Part shown: in pieces, positions 48,112 to 56,921 of the stretch | Layout: each line of letters starts with the position of its first letter | Position numbering within the stretch: the first letter of the stretch is position 1 | Assembly: GCA_007376265.1 (NCBI GenBank) | Contig: VMFW01000005.1 | Span: 198 to 64,197, forward strand | DNA length: 64,000 nucleotides | Source of the DNA: Parcubacteria group bacterium Gr01-1014_20 | GTDB taxonomy: Bacteria; Patescibacteriota; Minisyncoccia; UBA6257; 2-01-FULL-56-20 | Reading direction: 5' to 3' | The notes under the pieces: generated by a model | The model's input: only the letters and a program-made list of their open reading frames with translations | Database searches by the model: none | Told to the model about the DNA's origin: nothing | Program-made: the position numbers and the translations under genes

Positions 48112-49048
48112 AGGCAATAGTTTGCTCGAACCAGTCAATTGTATTCTTGAGTCCAGTTTCAAACGAGGTGCAGGATTTAAACCCGAATTCTCTTTCGGCC
48201 CGGGTGGCGTCGAGCATCCTTCGGGGCTGGCCATCGGGCTTAGACTTGTCCCACCTTACTTCCCCTTGGTAATTCATTATTCTACAAATTAACGCGACAA
48301 GATCTCGAATTGACGTTTCGGTGCCCGACCCCAAGTTAACTGGATCGGGTTTATCGTATTTTTCGCTTGCCAAAATAATCCCCTCGGCTGATTCCTCGAC
48401 GTACAAAAATTCTCGCGTAGGAGTCCCCGTCCCCCAAACTTCAATATAGTCCTTGCCTTGTTTTTTAGCAACGGCCACTTTCCTGATAAGGGCGGGGATG
48501 ACGTGAGAGCTCCTCTCTTCGAAATTGTCGCCTGGGCCATACATATTGACTGGGAAAAGCGTTATGGCATTGAAGTCATACTGTTGCCTATAGGCCTGGG
48601 CTTGAACAAGGAGCATTTTCTTAGCTAGTCCATATGGGGCGTTAGTTTCCTCCGGGTACCCATTCCATAGGTTTTCCTCCTTGAAAGGAACGGGGGTAAA
48701 TTTCGGGTAGGCACAGATAGTGGCAACTCCAACGAATTTCTTAACTCCAGCTTGTCTTGCGGCTTCCATTATTTGTGTCCCCATGATTAAGTTGTCGTAG
48801 AAAAGCTCGCCTGGCTTTTCCCGGTTGAGACCGATGCCTCCAGCCCTGGCAGCGAGATGGATCACAACGTCAATCCCGTTAGTAGCTGCTTTGCAATTTT
48901 CCATCATCCGTAAGTCGCAATCGGAAAAGCGAGGTGCTGTTATGTTTTCAAGCGGAACTTTTCTTTTTTCAACAAGGTTTTTTATTAACCTGGCACCAAG
49001 AAAGCCATGGCCGCCGGTGACTAATATTCTTGCTTTTTTCAGGTCCAT
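48104..49048 (-). CDS. fcl: GDP-L-fucose synthase
   Basis: GGHGFLG, LAARAGGI, TICAYP, PYGLAK, SSHVIPAL, WGTG.PTREFL. Confidence 0.93.
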   Translation of the reverse strand: MDLKKARILVTGGHGFLGARLIKNLVEKRKVPLENITAPRFSDCDLRMMENCKAATNGIDVVIHLAARAGGIGLNREKPGELFYDNLIMGTQIMEAARQAGVKKFVGVATICAYPKFTPVPFKEENLWNGYPEETNAPYGLAKKMLLVQAQAYRQQYDFNAITLFPVNMYGPGDNFEERSSHVIPALIRKVAVAKKQGKDYIEVWGTGTPTREFLYVEESAEGIILASEKYDKPDPVNLGSGTETSIRDLVALICRIMNYQGEVRWDKSKPDGQPRRMLDATRAEREFGFKSCTSFETGLKNTIDWFEQTIAYD

Positions 49049-49122
49049 ATTGGAAATTTATACCACAGGGGGAACCCGGAGCAAAGAAAGAAGCTGGAAA
49101 GTAGGCTCGACTTTTCTCATAT

Positions 49123-49584
49123 TCACCTAAAACCGCTTATCTTTAGAAAGGTTCTTAGGTAGGGGTCAGAGTTCGCTTTGATCTTACGAAACCATTTGAA
49201 ATCAGAGCTCTGGTCATCTAAGGTTATTTTTACTTTTCGCTTAACCTCGACTTCAAAAACTATCGCAACGACATGCGAAGCAAAACCTTTGAAGTAGCTC
49301 GCTTTGGGATTATAGAAGTGATCGTGAACACCGAGGAATTTCCAATTTTTTCCCGAAACTCCGACTTCTTCTTTTAGTTTTCGCTTTGCAGTTTCAACTA
49401 GGCGTTCCCCTTTTAAAACTCGGCCGCCTGGAAAATACCAAGCGTTGGCTTCGGGATTATTTTTCCTCTTGACAAGCAAGAATTCCTGGTTGTTTTTCAC
49501 AACTAAGTCAACAGTGACGATCGGTAAAACTTGGTGAATCTTTCGATAAAGAGCCGGAGGGATTAATTTCGTAACAGGCTTCAT
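49123..49584 (-). CDS. gmm: Nudix hydrolase, GDP-mannose mannosyl hydrolase-like
   Basis: PIVTVD, R.NNPE...WYFPGGRV.KGE, DDQSSD; located between gmd and fcl. Confidence 0.8.
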   Translation of the reverse strand: MKPVTKLIPPALYRKIHQVLPIVTVDLVVKNNQEFLLVKRKNNPEANAWYFPGGRVLKGERLVETAKRKLKEEVGVSGKNWKFLGVHDHFYNPKASYFKGFASHVVAIVFEVEVKRKVKITLDDQSSDFKWFRKIKANSDPYLRTFLKISGFR

Positions 49585-49599
49585 GGCTCTTCGATAGAC

Positions 49600-50592
49600 T
49601 TAGGAAGTTCGGGCTTCTTTCATATCGGCGTCAACCATAACCTTAACGAGGTCGGCAAATTTTGTTTTGGCTTCCCACCCGAGTTTATCTTTGGCTTTCC
49701 TAGAATCAGCCGCAAGGTTGTCAACTTCCGTCGGCCGATAGTAACGCGAATCGAAATCGACGTAATCTTTCCAGTTCAATCCCGCGTGAGCAAAAGCGGC
49801 CTCTAGAAACTCCTTGACCGAATGAGACTCACCAGTGCCGATCACGAAATCTTCCGGTTTTTCTTGCTGGAGCATAAGCCACATGGCTTCAACGTACTCG
49901 GGGGCGTAACCCCAATCGCGTTTGGCTTCTAAGTTTCCTAGATATAACTTTTTATCTAATCCGGCTTTAATTCTAGCAATGCCACGAGTTATTTTGCGGG
50001 TGACAAACGTCTCTCCTCGACGGGGACTTTCGTGATTAAAAAGGATCCCATTTACCGCAAACAGGTTGTAGGCTTCGCGGTAGTTGACTACTGTGTTGTA
50101 GGCAAAAACTTTGGCAATGGCGTAGGGGCTCCGAGGGTAGAACGGAGTGGTTTCGCTTTGGGGTGGCGGAGTAGCTCCAAACATTTCGGAACTCGATGCC
50201 TGATAGAACCTTACCTTCTTGCTGACGTGCTCTTGATAATCTTTGATCGCTTCGAGCATTCTTAGCGTCCCTAAAGCCGTGATGTTGGCGGTATACTCGG
50301 GGATATCAAAAGAAACCCTGACGTGGGATTGGGCTCCGAGGTTATACACCTCGTCTGGTTGAATTTTGTAAAGAAGCTTCCGGATCGTGTTAGCGTCGGC
50401 GAGATCGCCGTGGTGCAAAATTAGCCGTTTGGAGACTTCGTGGGGATCTTGATAGATGTGGTTGATTCGACCCGTGTTGAAGGTGGAGGCACGTCGAATG
50501 ACGCCATGGACTTCATACCCCTTTGAAAGAAGTAGCTCAGCTAGATAGGAACCGTCCTGGCCAGTTATTCCCGTAATAAGGGCTTTAAGCAT
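49600..50592 (-). CDS. gmd: GDP-mannose 4,6-dehydratase
   Basis: [44 protein letters not shown]. Confidence 0.97.
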   Translation of the reverse strand: MLKALITGITGQDGSYLAELLLSKGYEVHGVIRRASTFNTGRINHIYQDPHEVSKRLILHHGDLADANTIRKLLYKIQPDEVYNLGAQSHVRVSFDIPEYTANITALGTLRMLEAIKDYQEHVSKKVRFYQASSSEMFGATPPPQSETTPFYPRSPYAIAKVFAYNTVVNYREAYNLFAVNGILFNHESPRRGETFVTRKITRGIARIKAGLDKKLYLGNLEAKRDWGYAPEYVEAMWLMLQQEKPEDFVIGTGESHSVKEFLEAAFAHAGLNWKDYVDFDSRYYRPTEVDNLAADSRKAKDKLGWEAKTKFADLVKVMVDADMKEARTS

Positions 50593-50658
50593 TGTATTCT
50601 TATAATACTTTAGGGGGGAGTCGTCAATCGGGGAGCTGGGGGTGAGTCGGCTGTTTTT

Positions 50659-51294
50659 TCACCTTGCTTTCGTTTTGGTTTTGTCGGCTTGACTCAAAAA
50701 CTCTTGCAGGAGAGTTTTCGTTCTGTCATCAGCCGGCCATTGACTCAAGATTTTCTCTGCGACTTTTACTGTTTCAGGAACATTCCCTTCTAACCGAAAA
50801 ACATCAAAGGCGCCGTAAAGAGACTGGGGTCGGCTGGGCCCAGATTCAAGCGCTTTCAGAAAATATTTTTTGGCCGAGTTGAAGTAGGCGGGGTCTTGGG
50901 TTTTGAGGTAGGCAAGCTCGTTGATTGAACCCAGAACGTAAAGATTCTGGCTGAAGCTCATCCCGCGATTACGGCGAATAATCGGATCGTAGTATTTCTC
51001 GGCAAAGGTTATTAGTTTTTTGATTATTTGAGGGTCGTTATTTTGTTGAGTGATACTCAAGATAGCGCTGCCAAGCTGGCGGACTAGCTCTTCTTGCCCG
51101 ATGGGGGATGGGGCATCTAAAATCGTCGAAAAGTTTTTTTCAAAATCCGCTATTGAGGCTGTCGCGCCAAGTGACCGCATGGTCAATATAAAACCGCTCG
51201 ATTTTTTGAACGGCAAATAGGAGCCAAGATAGGCTATTAGCGCCATAGCAATAACCAAGAAAACCGAAATAACTCTTTTAAGAATGGGGTTCAT
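50659..51294 (-). CDS. membrane-anchored TPR-like protein
   Basis: N-terminal TM, helical body, AKKYFLKALESGPSRPQ TPR-like segment. Confidence 0.65.
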   Translation of the reverse strand: MNPILKRVISVFLVIAMALIAYLGSYLPFKKSSGFILTMRSLGATASIADFEKNFSTILDAPSPIGQEELVRQLGSAILSITQQNNDPQIIKKLITFAEKYYDPIIRRNRGMSFSQNLYVLGSINELAYLKTQDPAYFNSAKKYFLKALESGPSRPQSLYGAFDVFRLEGNVPETVKVAEKILSQWPADDRTKTLLQEFLSQADKTKTKAR

Positions 51295-52885
51295 GTTTCG
51301 AATTAAACTGGTGAGAGGCGAAAGCTAGAAAGAGAAACAGGTTGATGTAGACTGGTAAAACATCGAACAGGGCAAGCGCCTGGACTAAATAAGCAATTGG
51401 AAGAGTTATGAATAAACCCCTTAAAACAACATTGCTATAGGGCTTTCCATCGGAATGGGTGACTTCTCCGGAGTCAAACCGTTTGTGCCAATGTTTAAAA
51501 AGTTGCCAGTAGAAAACAATAAAGACTACCATGTAGCTTAAAAGACCAAGGATCCCGGTCTCGGTAAGATAGTCAAAAAAAACACTGTGAGCTCGGTCAA
51601 ACCACGTTTCTGAAACCTTCCCTGGCTTGTAGTGCCGTGAGTCAAAGTGGCGATCGAAAACTGTGCTGAAGTTTTCTTGGCCCCACCCTAAAATCGGCCG
51701 CTCCTTGAAGCCTTTCCAGGCTGACCCCCAGGTCCAAAGACGGGTTTGAACTGAATCGGCTTTTAAGCCTTGGTCAAAAAGCTCAAGCACTCTGCCGCCG
51801 GGCAGACTACTCACAAGCGGCGTTTGACGATAATAATATAGGCCAGCTATCGCTAAAACAAAGACGCTCAGCGCAGCCAGAGTCCATCTTTTCCAGTTTC
51901 TTGGGAGAAAAAAGACTAAATAGAAAAGGAGAACTAGGGTGCTGACGAACAATCCCAGGATAGCGCCACGGGTTTGGCTTAAAGTCAGGAAAAAGGTAAA
52001 ACACCAAATAAGAAAACCATAAAAGAGGGAGAGTGGTTCTCGTTTGCGAAATCCATAAACTAGGGAACCACAAAAGATTAGGAGGCCTAAAATCAACAGA
52101 GTTACAGGTACCGCTGAAGAAGTGGCGGAGAGTGTGGTTGTTATAAAAAAATAGGAAGAAATCATTGAAAAAGCTAAGAAAACCCCAGTAGCAGAAACGA
52201 GCGCTTTTGCTTTTGGGTTGCGATTGAACCATAGATAGGTGGCGTAGAAAAGGGAGAACATCAGATAAGGAGCGACGTAGGATGGATTACCTAGGGTTCC
52301 TTGAAATCTCGCAATAGTTAACCTTCCCCAAACGCTGGGTGGGACTTCCGCTCCATATGGACCAATGAGGCGACTAATCCAACACGTCTGGTCTAAATCG
52401 AAAGACGAACAACCTAATTGCGCAAAAACACCGTACAAAATAAGGAGAGCGGCAGCGGCGAGAGAAAGTCGGAGCGCCCACTTCCAGTCTTTCCACTCTC
52501 TGAAGAGAACTGTAAGCAAGACAAAAAAAATGTAATAGTGCAACAGTTGAAAACCACCTTCGCCCCTTTCAAAATTCGACCAGAAAGCGCCGAGGGGATC
52601 AAAAGCAAAGAGCGAGGCGAGTAATCCGATGAAGGCAAAAATTGAAACGGCCAAAAAAATAGGTTGCCTGGAAACTTTTTTCAACCTTTCCCAGATTTGG
52701 TTTGATTTATCAAAAAACCCCCAAAAAAGGATGAGGGAGGCAAGGGCGAATTCGACGGCTAACCTGAAAAAGTAATATTTGCCTCCGATAAAAGGAAAGA
52801 AGGTTGAGGGCAACACAATGACAACGCTAAACAGGGCGGCGTACAGAAAAATTTTAGAAATTTTTACCAAGATGTTTGGATTCAT
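51278..52885 (-). CDS. O-antigen ligase-family protein (possible O-oligosaccharyltransferase)
   Basis: RFQGTLGNP, SQTRGA, ERPILGWG.ENF, DRAHS...ETGILG. Confidence 0.88.
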   Translation of the reverse strand: MNPNILVKISKIFLYAALFSVVIVLPSTFFPFIGGKYYFFRLAVEFALASLILFWGFFDKSNQIWERLKKVSRQPIFLAVSIFAFIGLLASLFAFDPLGAFWSNFERGEGGFQLLHYYIFFVLLTVLFREWKDWKWALRLSLAAAALLILYGVFAQLGCSSFDLDQTCWISRLIGPYGAEVPPSVWGRLTIARFQGTLGNPSYVAPYLMFSLFYATYLWFNRNPKAKALVSATGVFLAFSMISSYFFITTTLSATSSAVPVTLLILGLLIFCGSLVYGFRKREPLSLFYGFLIWCFTFFLTLSQTRGAILGLFVSTLVLLFYLVFFLPRNWKRWTLAALSVFVLAIAGLYYYRQTPLVSSLPGGRVLELFDQGLKADSVQTRLWTWGSAWKGFKERPILGWGQENFSTVFDRHFDSRHYKPGKVSETWFDRAHSVFFDYLTETGILGLLSYMVVFIVFYWQLFKHWHKRFDSGEVTHSDGKPYSNVVLRGLFITLPIAYLVQALALFDVLPVYINLFLFLAFASHQFNSKHEPHS

Positions 52886-52888
52886 AGA

Positions 52889-54409
52889 CTAACGGGCGTA
52901 TTCAACAGCTCGGACTTCTCTAATGACGTTAACTTTAATCTCGCCAGGATATTTTAACTCGGATTGGATGCGGTTGGCAATCTGGCGGGCTAACTCAAGG
53001 GCCTTGAAGTCGTCCACCTTCTCTGGAACAACAAAGACTCGAAGTTCTCTCCCAGCAGAAATGGCGTAAGCGTTTTTTACGCCTTCAAATTCAGTGGCCA
53101 TTTTTTCCAAGTCAGAAAGTCGTTTGATGTAGTTTTCGAGATTGTCACGCCTGGCACCAGGACGAGCGGCGGATAAAATATCCGCGGCTGTGACAACGTA
53201 GGCTTCGGATGAGGCGTAAGGGTAGTCCTCGTGGTGAGATTGCATGGCTTCGATGACGGCTTCGCTCACGTTGTATTTCTTCAGGATTTTTCGGCCCAAC
53301 TCTACGTGAGTTCCTTCAACCTCGTGATCGATGGCTTTACCGATGTCATGAAGCAACGCTCCTTTCTTAGCCACTTCGGTATTTAAGCCCAACTCGGCAG
53401 CAATCATGGAGGCGATGTGAGCCATTTCAATTGAATGCATTAAAACGTTCTGACCGTAACTAGTTCGGAAATGTAGACGGCCAAGAAGTTGAATGATCTC
53501 TTTTGGGAGGTCGTAGATACCAACTTCCATTGAGGCGGCTTCGCCGATTTCCACGATGCGCTTGTTGAGTTCCTGTTTGGCTTCTTCGACTTTCTCTTCA
53601 ATTTTGGCCGGTTGAATTCGCCCATCCTTGATGAGTTTTTCGAGCGCCAAACGGGCTACCTCTCGGCGGAACGGATCAAATGAGGAAATAACGATGCTGT
53701 CGGGGGTTTCGTCGATTACAAACTCGACCCCAGTCGCTCGCTCGAGGGTTCTAATATTTCTCCCCTCTCGCCCAATAATTTTTCCCTTAATTTCTTCGTC
53801 GTTCAGATGAAAAATAGTGGTGGTGAACTCAGCCACTTGAGATCGGGCGAACCTCTGGAGGGCGATGGTAATAACCTCGCTGGCCTTCTTCTCAATCTGT
53901 TCGTGCCTTTCCTTGTCGATTTTCTGGAGGGTGGCGGCCAGGTCCTGGCTACTCGACTCTTTTACTTCTCGAAGCAGTTCCTCGCGAGCTTGTTCCCGGG
54001 ACAAACCGCTTAGCTTCTCAAGCTGACCCTTGGTTTGTTCTTTGATTTTTTGGACTTCCTCCTCTTTACTTTTTAATTCTTCACTTTTAGCCTTTAAGCT
54101 GCTTTCTTCTTCTCCCATAGAAAGCAGTTTTTTGTCTAGAATTTCCTCCCGCCTTAGGAGGCGGGTCTCGAGGCCGCTCAGTTGGGTCTTTTGATCTCGT
54201 TCCTCTTTTCTGATTTCGGCCAAAAGACTGGCGGCTTTATTCTCCGCTTCAAGGACTAACTTTTTTGACTTTTCTTCGGCGGTTACGAGCTTATCTTTTA
54301 TCTTCTGCTCGATTGAGTTCGATTGTCGCGAAGCCCAGAAGTGTCGAACGAGATAACCACCCACCAAACCTAAGACCACCGCAATGATTGAGGTTGTTGA
54401 TATTTCCAT
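52889..54409 (-). CDS. rny: ribonuclease Y
   Basis: N-terminal TM, coiled coil, KH (IIGREGRNI), HD (LLHDIGK), SAARPGAR. Confidence 0.98.
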   Translation of the reverse strand: MEISTTSIIAVVLGLVGGYLVRHFWASRQSNSIEQKIKDKLVTAEEKSKKLVLEAENKAASLLAEIRKEERDQKTQLSGLETRLLRREEILDKKLLSMGEEESSLKAKSEELKSKEEEVQKIKEQTKGQLEKLSGLSREQAREELLREVKESSSQDLAATLQKIDKERHEQIEKKASEVITIALQRFARSQVAEFTTTIFHLNDEEIKGKIIGREGRNIRTLERATGVEFVIDETPDSIVISSFDPFRREVARLALEKLIKDGRIQPAKIEEKVEEAKQELNKRIVEIGEAASMEVGIYDLPKEIIQLLGRLHFRTSYGQNVLMHSIEMAHIASMIAAELGLNTEVAKKGALLHDIGKAIDHEVEGTHVELGRKILKKYNVSEAVIEAMQSHHEDYPYASSEAYVVTAADILSAARPGARRDNLENYIKRLSDLEKMATEFEGVKNAYAISAGRELRVFVVPEKVDDFKALELARQIANRIQSELKYPGEIKVNVIREVRAVEYAR

Positions 54410-54476
54410 AGTGATTTTTTCCTAAATTCTTCATAAGATCTTGAATTCTTTAGGTTCAAAAATTATTGACTTTTTG

Positions 54477-54625
54477 CTGAGCCACTTTAAGTTTGGACGG
54501 AGCGATTTCAGTAGAGAGTTGTTTCGAAAAAATTCCTAACTAAAAAGAATTTTTGGTAATTGCAGAATGGTGAGAATTTGGCTCCACGAGCCTAACTTAA
54601 CAGTCGCTTAGTTTGATGTTTATAG
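54477..54625 (-). ncRNA. structured RNA candidate upstream of rny, 6S (SsrS)-like
   Basis: Nested complementary arms (CTGAGC/GCTTAG, TTAAGTT/AACTTAA, GGAGC/GCTCC, AAAAATTC/GAATTTTT) form a rod with a central bubble; minus-strand TTGACT-18-TAGAAT just upstream; strand not certain. Confidence 0.5.
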
Positions 54626-54803
54626 ACCTTAATTCTAAGACATACGGCCAGGGTTAGTCAAGATTGAAAGAATCCTTTAAAATGGACGGGGGTGGGGGAA
54701 GGAAGATTGTCTTCCCCAGAGTGGTTTTAGCTAAGACATCAAAAAACGGTGATTCCATAGACGAACGTCGAAGCGACACTGTTTGAATTTAATTCGATCT
54801 AAT

Positions 54804-56336
54804 ATGCGCCAAACTCTTCTACTTATTATTCTCGATGGTTGGGGCTTGGGTCAAAAAAACGAATCAAACCCGGTTCACGTGGTCAATCCGCAAAGTTTTC
54901 GCTGGCTCGAAGAGAATTTTCCGGTAACGAGCCTGCAGGCTTCTGGAATCGGGGTGGGTCTCCCTTGGGGAGAAGTGGGAAATAGCGAAGTTGGTCACCT
55001 AACAATCGGCGCCGGCAAGGTTGTTTATCAATACTTTCCTAGAATTACCCTCTCTATCAAGGATGGATCTTTTTTTGAAAATCAGGCGCTTAAAAAAGCT
55101 TTCCTTCACGCCAAGGAGAATAACTCTTCAGTTAATTTAGTTGGTCTTTTAACTGAAGGAACTGTGCACGCTTCGCTCGATCATCTACTCGCTCTCCTAG
55201 AAATGGGGGCACTTGAGGGGGTCGCGAATGTAAAGCTTCATCTTTTCGGAGACGGTAAAGACGGGACGCCACTTCGTCTCGAGAAAATTTTAGAGAAAAT
55301 TCCTAAGGATAAGCTCGCGACCTTGATGGGCCGATACTACGGAATGGATAGGGAAAAGAACTGGCAGCTGACTGAAAAAGCCTATGCGGCTCTCGTTGGG
55401 GAGGCGGGAGAGAGAACAGATGACCCGGTACCAACAATAAAGGCCACTTACGATGGTGGCTATAACGAGGAATTCCTGCCGCCACTTCGACTACGAGATG
55501 ATAGCGGAATTAAAGAAAACGACTCGATAATATTTTTTAATTTTAGAGAAGATAGCATTCGTCAAATTGCCGAATCATTTATTATTAAAGATTTCAAAGA
55601 CTTTCCGACAAAAAATTTTAAGAACGTGTACGTGGCAACAATGACAAAATACGAGGATCGATTCGGAGCGCCGGTTGCTTTCCCGCCCATAAATATTAGC
55701 TGGCCGCTCGGAAAAGTTTTAAGTGCTGCTGGCAAAAACCAGCTACGACTAGCCGAAAGCTACAAATACGCTCACGTCACATATTTTTTTAACGGTTACG
55801 TTGAGGAGCCTTTCGCGGAAGAGTACCGGGTTTTTATCCCTTCGATCAAGGCGCCAAAGGCGGACGAGTTCCCCGAGATGATGGCAAGGGCGATAACGGA
55901 CAGAATTATTCAGGCGATTGAGAATCAAGCCTTTGATTTTATTTTGGCAAACTACGCTAACCCCGATACCATTGCTCACACTGGTAATTACCAAGCGGCG
56001 GTTGAGGCAGTAAAAGTGATTGATGTAGAAATTGGGCGGATTCTTAAAATGGGCCTTAATAACCAAACAACTATCATTATCACCTCTGACCACGGGAATA
56101 TTGAGGAGCTCACGAACCCAATTACCGGGATCCCAGAGAGTCAACACGATGCAAGTCCGGTGCCTTTTTATCTGATTGGTCCAAAGTTTGCGAAAAGGAA
56201 GTTCCAAAATTGGCAAAACCTGGAAGGTGAGTCAGTTGGGTCTTTGGCGGACGTAGCCCCAACTGTGCTTGAACTCATGGGCATCCCTCAACCAGAAGAC
56301 ATGACGGGGACAAGCCTGATTAGGCAATTGTTGTAG
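54804..56336 (+). CDS. gpmI: 2,3-bisphosphoglycerate-independent phosphoglycerate mutase
   Basis: ILDGWG, GNSEVGH, GRYYGMDR, KYAHVTYFFNG, NPD..AH, SDHGN; ATG 54804. Confidence 0.97.
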   Translation: MRQTLLLIILDGWGLGQKNESNPVHVVNPQSFRWLEENFPVTSLQASGIGVGLPWGEVGNSEVGHLTIGAGKVVYQYFPRITLSIKDGSFFENQALKKAFLHAKENNSSVNLVGLLTEGTVHASLDHLLALLEMGALEGVANVKLHLFGDGKDGTPLRLEKILEKIPKDKLATLMGRYYGMDREKNWQLTEKAYAALVGEAGERTDDPVPTIKATYDGGYNEEFLPPLRLRDDSGIKENDSIIFFNFREDSIRQIAESFIIKDFKDFPTKNFKNVYVATMTKYEDRFGAPVAFPPINISWPLGKVLSAAGKNQLRLAESYKYAHVTYFFNGYVEEPFAEEYRVFIPSIKAPKADEFPEMMARAITDRIIQAIENQAFDFILANYANPDTIAHTGNYQAAVEAVKVIDVEIGRILKMGLNNQTTIIITSDHGNIEELTNPITGIPESQHDASPVPFYLIGPKFAKRKFQNWQNLEGESVGSLADVAPTVLELMGIPQPEDMTGTSLIRQLL

Positions 56337-56345
56337 AATAATAGG

Positions 56346-56702
56346 ATGGGGTGGGTCTTAAAAACAGGGGCGGTGGTTTTGGTGAATATCTTGATCTTTA
56401 TGCTCTCGACAAGAGTGGTGCCTGGTTTTGTGATGGCGGCAGGCTTTGGGGAGATGCTCGTTATCGCGCTTATATTTACGGGCCTAAATTATGTTTTGAA
56501 ACCAGTGCTCAAGCTTCTGCTTGGGCCAATCATTGTTCTCACTCTTGGGCTGGGGTTAATCTTAGTTAATATGATGGTTCTTTTTATTCTTGACAAGCTT
56601 TCAAATAACCTTACTATAGAGAATACTTTAGCCTTAGTTTATTCTTCGGTTCTCATTGGTTTCCTAAACTTTTTGCTCCATTTGGTTTTTAGAAAGAGAT
56701 GA
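56346..56702 (+). CDS. phage-holin-family (YvlD-like) four-TM membrane protein
   Basis: LN..LKPVLKLL..PI.VLTLGL motif. Confidence 0.85.
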   Translation: MGWVLKTGAVVLVNILIFMLSTRVVPGFVMAAGFGEMLVIALIFTGLNYVLKPVLKLLLGPIIVLTLGLGLILVNMMVLFILDKLSNNLTIENTLALVYSSVLIGFLNFLLHLVFRKR

Positions 56703-56908
56703 TCACTTTTTTTCAAATAATCATATCAGCGGCGGTCATAACGCTTATCCTATTACAGGAGAGATCGGCTGGTTTGTCGGGCATTTTTGGCGGTGACGGA
56801 GGGGGTCTCTATCAGACTCGGCGGGGTTGGGAGAAGATGATCTTTCGGGGAACGGTGGTTCTCGTGATCGTCTTTGTGGGCTTGACAATTTTCCAGCTCG
56901 TTTACTAG
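56699..56908 (+). CDS. secG: preprotein translocase subunit SecG
   Basis: ILLQERSAGLSGIFGG...TRRG.EK, two TMs. Confidence 0.92.
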   Translation: MITFFQIIISAAVITLILLQERSAGLSGIFGGDGGGLYQTRRGWEKMIFRGTVVLVIVFVGLTIFQLVY

Positions 56909-56921
56909 CGACTTTCAGGCA

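Noticed and set aside
9756-48234. Extended ORF-track starts at 9206, 9756, 26397 and 48234
   Set aside because: They overlap upstream genes; internal ATGs at 9227, 9948, 26265 and 48111 fit domain boundaries and translational coupling
56346-56702. Prophage suggested by the holin-family gene
   Set aside because: YvlD-like family sits between gpmI and secG with no phage genes
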